Origin: Dicyema japonicum
Lineage: Eukaryota > Animalia > Dicyemida
NCBI GenBank assembly: GCA_011109175.1
Contig: RDEW01000018.1
Span: 351,405-415,404 of the forward strand
Reading direction: 5' to 3'
Length of the DNA stretch: 64,000 nt
The notes beneath the pieces were generated by a model. It was not told the DNA's origin. It did not search any database and saw only the letters and a list, made by a program, of their open reading frames with translations. This document shows, piece after piece, positions 13,260 to 27,299 of the stretch; the first letter of the stretch is position 1; the number at the start of each line of letters is the position of its first letter. Made by a program: the position numbers and the translations under genes.

Positions 13260-13735
13260 TATTGATTTTTGACGGATTTATTTATTTAAAAAAACAGAAA
13301 AAAACGTCAAAGAGTTAGGTGATCTCAGTTCCCATAATCAACTGCAACATCTAACGTCTGCGGTCTTTCATTCCAGGAAAGAGCCTTTTCTCATTTCTGC
13401 AGAGGAGTCTGACTAAGGTTGTAAATTTTTTAACCAATCGGTTTTTTTTGCATTGAAAATAGACAGACGAAGCGTGCTTCCATCTTTCTCATAGACGCGA
13501 AGGAATCCGTATCCGCGACTACAGGTCGTGGCTTCCGTGTGCAAGGGATTGATGTTGATCCAATATGATTGGCCAACATACAAATAGTTGTTCAGTAGAC
13601 AGACGAAGCGTGTTTCCATCTTTCTCATAGACGCGAAGGAATCCGTATCCGCGACTACTGGTCGTGGCTTCCGTGTGCAAGGGATTGATGTTGATCCAAT
13701 ATGATTGGCCAACATACAAATAGTTGTTCAGTATA
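13260..13735 (+). repeat. Unidentified dispersed repeat with residual coding signal; last 136 bp duplicated
   Basis: Similar to 41200-41690: both read EESD.G...TRRNP.PR..V.ASV..GL. Confidence 0.55.
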
Positions 13736-13754
13736 TTGAATTGAGTCTGTAAAG

Positions 13755-14895
13755 CAGTGGTTCCCAACTTTTCGGATTCTTATTTTTCGCTATAGAAACA
13801 GAACCTTTAAATTGCCCAGTCATTTCTGGAGCATCATCAGTGCAGATACTCACACATGCATTCCAATCCAACTTTATATTTTCAAAATTTGAATTTATAA
13901 AATTGAAAATGTCATATCCCTTTGTTGTTCCGAGCAACTCTTTGCAGCAAAGAAAATCTTCGACAATGGATTCATCGTTCATATATCCAACGAAAACAAG
14001 GAGTTGCATTTTTTCTGTAATATCTCAGTTTTCATCCACCTAAAGCACAAAAACACAGATTTTTTTATTCGCCGAACCAAAGTGGTTTCAATGTCATCAG
14101 ACATATCCTTGATGCGTCTGCTCACAGAATTATTAGAAATAGGATTTAATTCGAGCTCAGCGGCAGCAATTTCTCAGAACATTATCTTCTCTATTTTTTC
14201 GCATACAGACAAAATAACAGTTTCGGTGAGAGTATGCGATTTCATATTTTTAGCGGCAATCTAAGCAACAGCATAACTAGCATGCGGTGCTTTATCGTTT
14301 ATTTTGAATTTTTTTGTAAAACTGGATGCTTGAACTTTATTCTGGTCCAATTGCAGCATAAATATTCTTTTTTTTCTTTGAAAGTTCAGAGTATTTGGTA
14401 GAGAAATGACGTCTAAGTTTCGNCAGACAAAATAACAGTTTCGGTGAGAGTATGCGATTTCATATTTTTAGCGGCAATCTAAGCAACAGCATAACTAGCA
14501 TGCGGTGCATTATCGTTTATTTTAAATTTTTTGTAAAACTGGATGCTTGAACTTTATTCTGGTCCAATTGCAGCATAAATATTCTTTTTTTTCTTTGAAA
14601 GTTCAGAGTATTTGGTAGAGAAATGACGTCTAAGTTTCGTTGGAGCCAAAGCAATATTCGCAAGTTTTTCACTGCAAACAACACAGTGTCCCCAGTCCAT
14701 GTAAAACCAAAGACAATATAACTTTTTCGATACGATCGAACTTTAAGATGTGCACTGTCACATGACTCCATTTAGACAGCATAAATTAAATTAATACGTT
14801 TTGAAAAATTATGCTTTTGTAAAAAAGAATAAAATTTTTTTTGAACTTCGGAGAACCCCTAGAATATTTCGCGGGACCCAGGTTGGGAAACACTT
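13755..14895 (-). mobile_element. Internally deleted hAT (Buster/Charlie-type) element
   Basis: TIRs CAGTGGTTCCCAAC (13755) and GTTGGGAAACACT (ending 14894). Transposase motifs PISNNSVSRRIKDM, QLLVFVGY, EDFLCCKEL and CTDDAPEMTG. Degenerate 8-bp TSD ctgtaaag/ttatagag. Confidence 0.85.
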
Positions 14896-14949
14896 TTATA
14901 GAGTATAGTCTCTGATAATGTGAATTTCGCAACAGAGGCATATTCTACA

Positions 14950-15500
14950 GCTGGCGCCGGTAGAGTGTTGTAACAGAAACATCCAAGGTGTCCTCAAAAC
15001 AAGTGCACGTACAACGTTCAGTTTCTGGTGGCCTTTAGTGATGACTTGCTTTGCATGGATGTTGGAATTCAATAGCATCGATTTTTGACGGGTAAATTAC
15101 TTGGTGACGACGCCTCTATTGCACTATGTCTTATTCGTATTCCTTATCGACTTCTCCGTTCACTCTGGGATCTTTTTATTGTAGAGGACTTAAGCAACCT
15201 TGCAAGAAACAACAACTGGTATGCGATATAACTTAATATGACTTCTCTGTCTGCTGTCTACAAGGGACAAAAACGACCGTATAATTTACAAAACTGTTTA
15301 GAAAATTCCACCTTTTTATTCTCTTATCGGCTTGTCGATATTATGGTCTCGGATTTGCAGTCCACCTGATTTACCGTGTTACAAGAGTGTAGACAGCATC
15401 TAATATTAAAATGGAAATGGAGGACGACCTGGACTACCTAAGAGAAGTAGCGCGCAACAGAGGATCATGGTCGAGGCTGACAGAGAGAATGATTAGGAAT
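14950..15500 (+). mobile_element. RTE-like LINE 3' remnant
   Basis: DDLDYLREVARNRGSWSRL resembles the RTE C-terminus (DL..LR..A.DR..W). Confidence 0.4.
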
Positions 15501-15799
15501 ACGGCACAAGGGAAACTTAACTAATTTTATGTTTTCTCGGGAGTGCTTTTTAATAATAATAATAAATTACAAATCTGAGTTAGTGGATGACCCCAAGTGT
15601 TTTAGTTGTTGAATTGAATGAAATAACATTTGTTACTCTGAATAATAATAATAAATTACAAATCTGAGTTAGTGGATGACCCCAAGTGTTTTAGTTGTTG
15701 AATTGAATGAAATAACATTTGTTACTCTGAATAATCAGTTCTTCATTTTCTTGATAATTGGCATTAATGAATTCCAGTCTAAAAGTATTTTCCGAAAAT

Positions 15800-17620
15800 T
15801 GACTTTTTCTATACGGCATGTGCAATGGTCTATGTTGGAATAGGCTTTATGATAATAATCTCTCGGAGCCTCTTAGATTGTAGAGATAAAGACCTGGGAG
15901 ATTTATTTCTGAGTGTTAGAAAACATCTATTTCCATATAGTCGTAGTTTTTCACGGTTTTTCCAGAACGGTTTTCTTTTTTATTTACTCTTAGTACATTC
16001 AAATGAAGGAAACTGGTGGCTAACATGAAAGTAACAACATGAACTAAGCACTCCCAGAAGTATAACTGATGTGGTGCAGAAATCGAAGGCGGATCAAGAG
16101 AAGAGGTGCTTATCTTGTAATTGGTGAAAAAGCAGAAGTGCAAAGCGATGAAACCGATCGTCCAATTATGTTCATATTGTCTTGTAAAGCTGTATGGTGA
16201 CCGCAATGAAGTGGCCACGAACTTTCTAAGATAGGGAAGCTTTGGTATCAATAATGTTCGACACAGACATCCCAGAAACTTGTTGATATTAAGGTTTTCG
16301 CCGCTATTAAATATGATTTTCTTTTTTATTAATAGAAAGACAAAACAAAAAATCGTAGATCAAGCATCATGAAGTAGGTGTGAGAATTTTCGATTCACAG
16401 TGTAAGTGGTCAATTGGAGTGGCTTTAGACAGTCTATAAATATTCCTATTTTCAGGTTCGTTTTTAATAAATAGAAACACCGGGCAGGAACAGCATAGTT
16501 TATCCTAGTTCTGATGAAACTCTTCTAAGTGTTGTTTGTTTTATCTACAATGTTCAGAATAGAAACACCGGGCAGGAACAGCATAGTTTATCCTAGTTCT
16601 GATGAAACTCCTCTAAGTGTTGTTTGTTTTATCTACAATGTTCAGAATGATTTCTTATTTTCCTTTTATGTTTCTGTGTTAAATGGATACAACGAGCGTT
16701 AAGGTCGACACATCGGAATGATTTTTTGAGCTCTAAGTATTATCTTATTGAGATTTTGGCCACTGGGGGATACTTTATCCGGAAGCAGTGAGAGTGATGT
16801 TCAACAAATGATGTGAAGGCAAGTCAGTGTGCTCGTTACAAGTTGAGACTAGTCTTTGGTGCATGAATTAACTTTTGTTTTGTGAATTTTCAGGATGATC
16901 AGGTTATGGTGAGTACTTAAATATTATATAAAATCCAAAGAGATGAGTTGAGTGTCCTTACGTGCTCATTGTATTCATGTAAAATATCCAGTGAGGTATG
17001 GGAATCACCACATCTTGACAGTGTCCTTTTACTTTGTAATGCGAATAAGATCAAGCAGATAAGACCCGGGACATGACGGTGGATAAAATGTAAATATTTA
17101 CAATTGTCATTCGAAGAGACGGAAAATTGATTTTTGGGGTTTGTTGTTCAAAAGGATCGTCGAAGGGGAAGAAGGCTGATATTTTATCCGAGATGTCGTC
17201 GACAAGGACTTTATTTTCGACCTTTCAGGCAAAACCTCTGCTTCTTCCATATTTTTTGTCTCGCCAAAAAACAGAGTATTCCAAAAAGTGGAAGTTGGAT
17301 ACCGAGTGTTGACTTTTGTCTCTCGGAAAAAGATATACCCACAGAATGGTCTAAAAGATTCATTTATGGTTCAGTAATTTTCCTAGGATTCATTTATGGG
17401 TATTTTAGTTGTGGTATGCTCAGATCCTGGGTTTTGATTAACGTCATTAGATGATATGAGACCATCCACATCTCCATGTTTGCAGGATAGGGAAATTGAA
17501 ACTTTTTTTCAACACGTTAAGTGACCATGCCACTACTTAGGTGAGTCGCGTAACATCAAAATTGTGCGTGTTTTGTAACGACTGTTAGTTAACTAGTTAA
17601 GTCGAACTGGTCGCCCCACT
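15800..17620 (-). mobile_element. Possible heavily decayed Ty3/Gypsy remnant
   Basis: PBS-like TGGGGCGACCAG near 17610 and a degenerate knuckle-like HYKVKGHCQDV near 17030. No clean RT motif recovered. Confidence 0.2.
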
Positions 17621-18076
17621 GATCAGTACTTTAGTGTGGTAGACTGACAGCGTACAGTTCAGGACATCTAAAAGGTGATTTGCTGTCAACTCGGAAAGGT
17701 CGTAAATGGAACAAAGGGTATCTTTCACATTACGTACGTATGTAGAGAGGAGTTGTATTCACGTAATAGAAGAACTATGTTTACCCGAATGCCCTTCAGA
17801 AATGAGGATTCCAATTGGTGGATCGGAAGAGGGGTACGGAGTAGTATTTTGTTATAATCGAGTCCTCCGATGGTTTCTGTGGAAACAAAATTGTTTATCT
17901 GTTTCAAACAATCTCATTCTTGATAACAGGAAGGATGGAGAAAAACATTCGAGGCAAGTCACGGTTTGTAATGATCGTGGTATCGAGAAAATGCTTATAA
18001 TAAAAAAATATGATTTAATAAAACACGACAAGAAAATTAAATAATAAATTATTTAAAGTTCAGCTACAAACGTGCA

Positions 18077-21000
18077 ATGTGTGAGGAAATCAAGCAAAGG
18101 GTATTCAACAACGAATTTCTCATTTCACATTGCAGTCAATGTACTTATCGAGGCATTGAGCTCCATAATGGCATGAAAATCCTCCTTATCAACGACCCCA
18201 ACGTTAAAATCGCGGCCACCAGCCTTTCCGTGGGCATTGGTAACCTTATCATTAATCACAGGCTCATTCTACGAACCAAATGATATACCAGGACTTGCCC
18301 ACTTTTGCGAGCACATGCTTTTTATGGGTTCTCAGAAAGTCTGATAATTTTAACATCCTAGTTTCCTGATGAAAACGAATACGGCAAAGTTTTCTCGTCT
18401 AATAACCTTCTAGTTCATTCAGAACAACGGGGGAACCACCAACGCTTTCACAACCAAAGACCAGACATCATTCTACTTCACGGTCAAGACAGGGAAGTTG
18501 TTCCAAGCCATGGAGATGTATTTTTAATGGTTAAGTTAAGATTTGCTGAGTTTTTCATATCGCCTGTCTTTTGCCCCGACAGCATTGTGAGCGAGGTTGA
18601 GGCCGTCGAGTCTGAGTTTGTGGGGAGCAGCGAGGACGACTCCTTCCGAATTGGGGAGGTTGTCCGCATGTTTGTGGAGGACGGCCATCCTATAAGTTTA
18701 TTCTCCTTTGGTATGACTTAACGGTTAAATTAGGCAACCTAAAATCGCTACTTGAGAATCCACGTGATTGTGGGACAGACATCCGGGAGGCCCTAAGGAG
18801 ATTTTTTAGTTTTTTTAGCAGCAATTTGATGACTCTCACAATAATTTCTAACCGTAACCTTGATTACTTATAAAAGATGATATCGGCGAGATGGAACAGA
18901 AAACATCGGCAATTTTCTCGAAGATTGAGAATAAAGATACACACAGGAAGACATGGGAGATACCGATGTTGAAAACGAAGGATGTTGTGGTGAATTTGTA
19001 TTGTAGCACATGATTTTCATTGAGAGTCTTGGGGAGGTTAACAAGCTCTGTATCCAGTTTTTTGTCCCTGACATGAATGACTATGATAAATCTATAGTTT
19101 GTTGTGTCACTTACTTAAAGTCTCTGAGGTTCATTGAATACTTGTTGAATAATCCATCACCACAAGGACTAATATATTTACTACAAAAGCGCGGTATAAT
19201 TTAAGTATTTAATTTTTAAACTATATTTGAAATTATTAATTTTCTGAATCTTATTTTCACAAATATTTGTATTTAATTAATTAGGACTGATTGTGGATGC
19301 CGATTTTGAATGTGTTCATGAGGCTAAAGGATTCAACGTGTTTGTTGGTGAATTTGAATTGGAGGCCTACAACATTGGTATTGTCTCTAGTCATCGTAGA
19401 TTACATCAACCAAATTGTCCTAATGTTCTTTGCTTATATTAAATTGGTGAGTGATAACCCTTTCCCAAAGTCAGTCTATGACGAATTCACTGTTTTTTTC
19501 TCCTTCATTGCAGACCTTCTTAGCCATTCAGTTCCACTATGGAGTTACTCCTCCTCCAGCTTCACTGGCAGAGTTAATCTCAGCATCTCTGCAGGTTTTA
19601 CCCATTAAGGACATATTCTTTTTGCCTGAGAAATACGACCTCGCCTCGGTGGACCACGTGATCAAGTATTTTACTCTTGAGAATGCACTGTAGTGATTCT
19701 AGTGAGTTTAGACTGATATTCGTGGCTAAAAAGCTGCCTTATAAGACAGATCGGACTGAACCACACACAGGTGCAAAATTCTGCATAAAAGCCCTTAGTG
19801 AGGCACAGATTGAGGTACACTTTAATTTTATCACCCAGATGTGGACTTCCTATGTTTATAATGAAGTATTCGGATACCCTGAAGCGAACCCCTACTTGCC
19901 GAAAAATATTGATGATATTTCAAGTCTTATTGATTTAGATGATTTGAAAAGTCAAAATGAGGTTATTGGTGTCCAAAATTCTAGAAAGCGAATTCACCTA
20001 ATCCTTCTAAATTGATGGTTTTTTGTGCCTTAACTTGTTAAGGCTTTCCCACAATATTGTCTTTGGTATAAATTCGACTACTATTTAATGTTCCCTAAAG
20101 TCTTTTTAGGCTTTCGTCTATTAAAGTATTGATTTGTTTCATGATAGTGAAAATTTCTCAAAGGATCCTCTCAGTTACTGCCTGTCTCACGTTCTGATGC
20201 ATGCCTTTACTGACCACTTAGAAAATATTCTGGCTTTGGCAGACATGGCGGGCATCTCTGTCGAGGTGAAGATCCTAAATAAATCAATTAAAGTTTGCCT
20301 TGATTTGATTTTGATTATTTTCTATGGATTTTCTTCCAAAATCAGCGAAATTGTTCAAATCGTGGCCCACAACATCAAACATTTCATCCCAACCAAAATT
20401 AGGTTCGCCGCCGTAAAATATGACGTTTGTGTTGGCTTACTCAAGTACTTCCAAGAAATCGAAGATATGAAGATTGCGAGTCCTTTCGAGCAAGCCTGTT
20501 TTTTCTCATCCTTGGCTCATACTGAATTTGGCTTTCTTCCAGAAGATTTACTTGCTGTCAAAAAAAGTAAGTAGTAGTTAGATGACTAGATGTTACTATG
20601 GAGTCTCTGATAAAATTCAGGGATGATAACCTGAGGGAGGTATTCGTGGAGGGATTCATCAGTGGTCCCGTTTCCACGGAAGTATGAACTGTGTTGATGT
20701 GTCTAGGTGGCTTCTCAACTGTTTTTTCGATTTCAGGAACATTTTCCTGTAGAAAATCTGCCACCATGTGCTAAATTATTGAAATTTTTTATTCCCAAAG
20801 GTTAGTCTGAAATTTTACTTAAGGATTGTCACGTCTGTTTTTCTCTGATACAGACGAACATACTGGCTATGGAATCTCACATACTTTCTTCGTTCCAGAG
20901 ACTGCCACTTTAAACTTGGGGCCCCGTCAGGAGTTCTTTTGCAGTCGGCTGCGAATTGAGTGCATTCTGGGCATGTTGGAACTGATTTTGTCTGACGAGT

Positions 21001-21617
21001 GCTTTAATTTCCTGCGGACAAAACGACATTTGGGTTAATTGGCGGTAAAACATAGGTTATTCGGTCTCTTTTGAAGTCTGTGTGTCACGTGGCTGCCACG
21101 CTGTTAAAATTTTTGTTGAGTCTTCCTACAATGCTAAATATGTCGAAGGTCAAATCGAAGAAGCTCTGCATCACTTTAGAGTTTGCTAATAATGGAATTA
21201 TAGGCCTATTTGGCAAGCTTTTCCAGTGATGAGTTCGCCAACGTGGTGGACTCTTACAGGTCAATTTGCCTAGAGAAGCCCTCGACTGCTTATAAACAAG
21301 CGAATAGACTGTTTAAGGCTATTTTGACGGATACCTTTGAGTTTGATAGAAGTTAGGAGGTTGCTGTTTATTTAGGGAACAAATTGGTGGCGGAGGTGGA
21401 CCTTTTGGAGCTGAGGCACATGATCTGTTTTTTTGACACATTCGTTGGTTCTGGGGAAAATGTCCCTGAGAGATCTCGAATCATATGTCACGTGGTGCCT
21501 ATGATTGGGATGAAGGAATATATTAAAGAGTCCGAAACGGTTGTATGGCTGATGATGTTGTAGGCAGCTCAGCCCGTAGAGCTGTTGTATGAACTGAGGA
21601 AGCAGTGCTTGAAGTAA
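18077..21617 (+). CDS. IDE: Insulin-degrading enzyme-like M16A zinc metallopeptidase, multi-exon
   Basis: Spliced [17 protein letters not shown] (HxxEH), [16 protein letters not shown] and LWYKFD. Introns checked at 18240-18261, 18339-18361, 18389-18413, 18518-18540, 18711-18733 and 21540-21563 (22-25 nt); stop TAA ends at 21617. Confidence 0.88.
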
Positions 21618-22149
21618 TTACTTTTTCTACTAAATTTGTTTTTTTTACTTTTTGTCTATAATTGTTTCTATTAGTAATGATATAAAAGTGTCCTGAGATG
21701 CTAAGCAAGGAAAGAGTTTCAGTTTTTACGTTCGAATTTTGTATATTTTCGATTGGATGTTAGCGTCACTAAAATTTGGGTATTCTAAGTGGATTAGTTC
21801 CCTTTGAAGGCCTATTATTATGCCATAGATCACCAGGTAAACGCTAACGTTCGAATTTTGTATATTTTCGATTGGATGTTAGCGTCACTAAAATTTGGGT
21901 ATTCTAAGTGGATTAGTTCCCTTTGAAGGCCTATTATTATGCCATAGATCACCAGGTAAACGCTAATTAAAAGGAAAACGCCATCAGATGATCCCGGTTT
22001 CTCTCAGAAATATTCTCATCTTTCTTCGGTGTTGCTCTCGGGAATCGACGCATTTTCGATTGTACCGTTCTTATGGTAGTTTTTCATTTTGGGTGAATTT
22101 TCAGCCCAAATTCCTCACAAGAACCTCAAATTGGGTTGCTCTTATTGAT

Positions 22150-24200
22150 AGTCCTGTGATTCGAGAGATTGTTTTGGTCATATTGGATTGAGACGAGTTG
22201 ATCTTATCCATGCTTGTTTTAGCAAGTTTTGTCCCTCAAGCTGTACATCCATAACTTATAGTTGGCTCATTGAATTGGGTGTACAACGTGAATGACCGAT
22301 TTGAAGATCTTTTAAAATTTGAGACGAGCACCATCAAGAAGTTAAGGTTTCGTGCCGAAGCACTGAGTTTGACACATGTGTAGCCCATGATGGTGTTGAA
22401 TGTTAAACCCAGAATCTTAGATTTTTTCTTGTGTGGAATTAGTTCACCATTCAAAAATAGCTCGGTGGAATAACTTGATAGTCTTCTATTCGATGTAAAA
22501 AGAAAGGCAAAAAAATTTTCTGTAGATTGAATTTGTGTTCAACCATTCATGAAGTCTAATAGTTTGCAATGTATTTGTAGCTGGCGTAACAGGTATATCT
22601 TTGCAAGCATAAATTATGTCATTAGCATACGCAAGGGTTAGCGAATTTGTGTCCGAATCAATTGGAATATCGTGCAAGAATAGTTAAAAAGCGACGGTGA
22701 CAAGGGGAACCCTGAGGCACGCCGTTTGGAAGAAATTTTGAGACCGATCGTTATGATTTTGTTACGACTTTTCCTCTTTTACCAATGAAAAAGTTCCCGA
22801 GCCATCTTTTGAAAATGCTGGGATTTCTGAGCAGTAGATCTTCTTTGTTAAGAATTTTCTGGGGACCGAGTCAAAAGCCTTGCGGATGTCAACCGAGCAC
22901 AATTAAGTTTTGAGGTGCCTAGGCTTTAACTAAAGTCCCGCCATAATAAAGCTTGTGAGGGTTTGCAAGTGTGAACTTGTAGATATGTCTTTTTTAAATC
23001 TGTGCCGGAAGGATTGCTTACGTAAATATAGGAAGATGCGGTCCAAGACCATTTTCTCAAGAATTTTTCAGAATGTGCATAATAGGAATATTGGTCGATA
23101 AGAAGAAGAGGACTCTTTTTGTTTTCCAGGTTTCTGAACTGGGTAGATGTGGGCCAACTTCCAGATTATTGGAATTGTGTTTTTATTTATTCTGGTCCGC
23201 TTGAGAGGTTAGCCTTTCTACCTCCAATGGTGAAACCGATATATGATCATGACGATATCTTGGTTTTATCAATGAACAAGGGAGGACCCTCGTACATTTT
23301 ATGAGATAAATAACTATTCTGAGCGTAGAACTTTGTCATTCTATCGAATTCTTTTTCGCTGAAATCAAGACTGTTTCTCTTCTTAGGGATTTTGATCTTT
23401 GAGATATTCTTCCACATGATTGATAGGAACCTCTGCTTGTTAAACGTGGAGGTGATTTTTCTCCATGCGTCCATTTCCTTTTTCTTATAGGTTTTCTTTA
23501 TTTCGCTATCAAACACTTGAATTCTGTATCTAACTACTGGTGATGGCCTTTGGATGCTTTTGAGTCGATTAAGTTCATTCATAAAAGTTTTATAGAATTT
23601 GATTGACCTTTCTCGAATAAATACCTTTATTGCCTTCTGGATCTTTCTGTTAGCATAGGAAACTGAATTATCTAGTGAGTTAAAACGTACTGAATCGAAA
23701 TCTGCTAAGTTTATGTCCACATGTTAAGAAATCTTTCTAATTGACGTTTCTGTAATCCAGGAAAGTGTTTCGTCTTCTTTCAGAGATGAGCGTGTTTTTC
23801 ATCCGAGTGGAAATAGGATTGTGGTCTGTCCTAAATCACAACCAGTTGTCAAGAAAAGCAATGTTAGGGATAGCAAGGTGAAGTGTTGTCATAAGCTCTA
23901 TAAGGTTTTCTTGTGTTAATCCGATAGTCGCTAAGAATTATGAAATTATCCAGTAGAAAAAAAAGGAGATCTCCTCTGGCATCAGCAGGTGGTTTTGTAC
24001 AAGATCAGATGTTTCGCGTTGAGCTGCCGCATATCAACAAATATTGGTATTGATGTACCACATCCAAGGAGAAGGTAAACTATTTTGGGAAGGAGCTGGT
24101 AGGGGAATGTATATGTTCACAATTGTAATATTTCCCATGTTTGTTCTAATGGAGACTCCAATGTATTCCACGAGAAATGGAGGATCATAATGCGTAAACA
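22150..24200 (-). mobile_element. Decayed APE-RT LINE (same family as 1700-4465)
   Basis: Minus-strand motifs VNIYIPP, VDIRKAFDSVPRK and LAYANDII; ORFs 23247-23720, 22486-22677 and 22236-22454. Confidence 0.8.
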
Positions 24201-24388
24201 TTATTATGTGCTCGATCTCACTTTTGACAAAAGTAATGACTATGCAAAAACATTTTTTAACCTTAAAATTTAAATAAATTTAACATTAATAAGTTAACTT
24301 TATTAACTTATAAACCAAACTTTTTAACCTTAAAATTAAAAAAAATTAACTTTATTTATTTTCCATTTAAACTTGTAAAATATAGATT

Positions 24389-25569
24389 CAGTAAAACCTC
24401 TCGAATCCGCCGCATTTTTTAAAAAATACAAAATTCCCTATGAGAAATTCTCGAATACGCCAATTTCTCTAATCCGCCGCATTTTTAAAAATAATTTTTT
24501 TCATTTTCTTATTATTTTTATTTTTTTAATTCAAAAAAACTTCTACACGAGACATTATCATTTTTGTGTTGTTGGTCCTAATGAAACGTAATTGTACAAG
24601 ATTAAAAAATTCTGAAAAGCCTCAAATTATAAAATTTATCGGGAAAATCCAGGGATTTCGCTCACAAGAGTGTCTGAAATCTAATCCTGAAGATTCAGAC
24701 GTGGTATTTCAAGACGATCCTTAAATGACCTGAGGAGCAAAGGGAATGTATCCACCTTGCTTTTTTCAAAATTATCTCGGAATCCATCTCTCCATCTCAC
24801 AAAATTTGTACAGATTTACTGCAAGTTGAAATAATGTTTTTACCAACAAATTCTTCATATTTTTTACAGCCGATGGACCAAGGATTCATTAAGAGATTCA
24901 AGACGTTATTAAATAAATACAAATTTCTCGAAATTATTGAAAAAATTGAACTCGGAAAATCATCAACCGAGACATGTAAAGAAATAAACCTTAAGGAATT
25001 TATACTCATCAACGATGGAAAAAGCTAAATAGTATAAAAAATAATAAGCTGTTTTTGACATGCTAAATGGACCGAAGATTTTATTGAAGTAATTAATGAC
25101 GATTTTTCGTTTGAAACTTATCAAGAATTCGTGTCAAGGCTGCAAATAAATGATCCAATTCCAAAAGATGAGTTTCTTCTCTATGAGTATACATAGCATG
25201 AAAAGATCCTGGAAAATTTGAATGAAAATGATGAAGACAAAGAATGCATTAATGATGGAGAACAAAAAAATGAACAAGTCGTTTTAGACTATGATGCAAT
25301 GAATGTGTCTATAAATTCAGGAAGTACTTTAAACAGAAGGATGAAGTTAACTTAAATGTCTTCAATCTCCTTGATGATGTTAGTAGAAACATCAAAACGA
25401 ACATTAAAACAAGAATAACTGATTTTAAAAGAAATTAATGTTATTTTTTAATTAGTCTTTAGAAATTAAAAAATACATTTTATTAATTTCTAAAAAAATT
25501 CAAATTTGCCTCTCGAATCCGCCGTAATTTCCCAGGTCCCAAATTTGGCGGATTCGAGAGGTTTTACTG
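24389..25569 (+). mobile_element. pogo/Tigger-like Tc1-mariner element, internally deleted
   Basis: Perfect 23-bp TIRs CAGTAAAACCTCTCGAATCCGCC, with TA on the right flank. DDE remnant FLPTNSSYFLQPMDQGFIKRFK. Confidence 0.9.
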
Positions 25570-25599
25570 TACGAAACAATAAAAGACAAATGTTGGTTT

Positions 25600-26990
25600 A
25601 AAAACTATTTATTGATAATGGACATTACGTAGTTTTACAGATTTCAAGTACAAAAGTTACTGTTTGTCCTCAAAAAACTCTTAACGTTGCGAAAAACATC
25701 TTTCGACAGATGCCGAGGATGGCTGAAAATATAGAAAGAACGAATAATCTTTAGGAGAGACATTTTTACATTCCATATTAATAATTTTAGTTAGGTCGCT
25801 TTCCAATTGCGAAAAACATCTTTCGACAGATGCCGAGGATGGCTGAAAATATAGAAGGAACGAATAATCTTCAGGAGAGACATTTTTACATTCCATATTA
25901 ATAATTTTAGTTAGGTCGCTTTCCAAAATTCTCTTCTCCAAATATTGTTTGACCCCTGTTTCATCTTTCCCAAAATCTATTGAACTAAGCGTCGAATATG
26001 CGTACTATAAGAACAACCTGGAATATGTGAATAGTTATGCGAAATAGCGCATAAGCTCTGTACTATTTTTTCACTTTTCAATGCATTCTTCGTAGAAGTT
26101 ACTAAAATGCCTTCGTCCTCAATTAACTCAAAAATGTTAATCACTGGGATTAATTTTTTTGAATAAAAAGATGCAGCCTTCAACCAGATACCCCATCTCG
26201 TCAATACGACTTTGGGAGGAATTCCAATTTCGGAAAACATCAATTTTCGCTTTTGGTTCTTCCTAATAGGAGCTTGTACGCTAGCTATCACATCATCTAC
26301 TTCTGGACAAGATTTTTTGACCTCCATTGAACAATTATGCGAAATATGGGCGACTTAATTGACATTAAAAAGACTAGGATATAAATTTTTAAAAATTTTC
26401 TCAGCTAAATCATAAATGAATTAAAATAATAGCGGCTGTCATATACCTTGCAGTATCAGAAATATAAGATTAATGAACAAAGGCATTGATAATTTGTTAA
26501 GCGGAATATCACATTTCAAAAAATCCTTAATCACCTTAAAATTTTAGTTTCCAACTTCAGATTCATTTAATTTTTGTTTCTTAATGTTGTCAAACGATCT
26601 ATCTATATCATCAAAAAATCCTTACCAACTGAAATTTTGTTTATTGGACGACCTGTGAATGTCGATAAAGTGTTTTTTAGAGCATTTCATTGTCGTTAAG
26701 CATATTTTACAATATAACTCATGGTTATTATGTAATTGAAATTCTCTTGAAAATTCGTTAACAATTGATGTGGTTTAGTCAGAGGAGACTTAGAAATACG
26801 TGGCGTTTAAAAAAACGTGTAAATTACATGCTGTTTAATATTTATTTAATAGTAAAATAATAAAAAAGAAACGACTCATAAAAAAATATTTTGCCTAATG
26901 CTCGCTCGATAAGAACTGTCAATCAAATATAACTAAAAATAAATTTCGAATGATTTTTGAAATATTAAAATATTAAACAAAAATTTTAAA
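25600..26990 (-). mobile_element. Decayed hAT-superfamily transposase (CGGBP1-related type)
   Basis: PPKVVLTRWGIWLKAASFY and the dimerisation-region motif PSSASVERCFS; the last 120 bp are tandemly duplicated. Confidence 0.6.
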
Positions 26991-27299
26991 CTCTAAAATA
27001 AAAATCAAATGGAAACAGCGGATCACCTCGTTAAATTATAGTAGTTAGTTGTTTTAGGATGTCATACATGATTAATTTTATTTTTTGACAATGATTGACA
27101 TTGAAATAGATTTGGCTCACGACATACTATAACAATATGTCCGAGTTCGATCCCTTCCATTGCGTTTTTGGTTGAAGATTTCTCTTGCTTTTTTTTGTTC
27201 CTCCTATTCTTGTTATCCTAAAGTGGCCTCATCATTTCCTTACTCCTTTGTGCAGAACCTCATATTTATGATGTCTCTTTAATCCTTAACCTAATACAT

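Noticed and set aside
17706-18044. 112-aa ORF upstream of IDE
   Set aside because: No recognisable motif, separated from the IDE start, and probably decayed TE sequence.
27110-27170. B-box-like GAGTTCGATCCC suggesting a tRNA or SINE
   Set aside because: The A box is poor, the spacing is short, and no TSD or tail was found.
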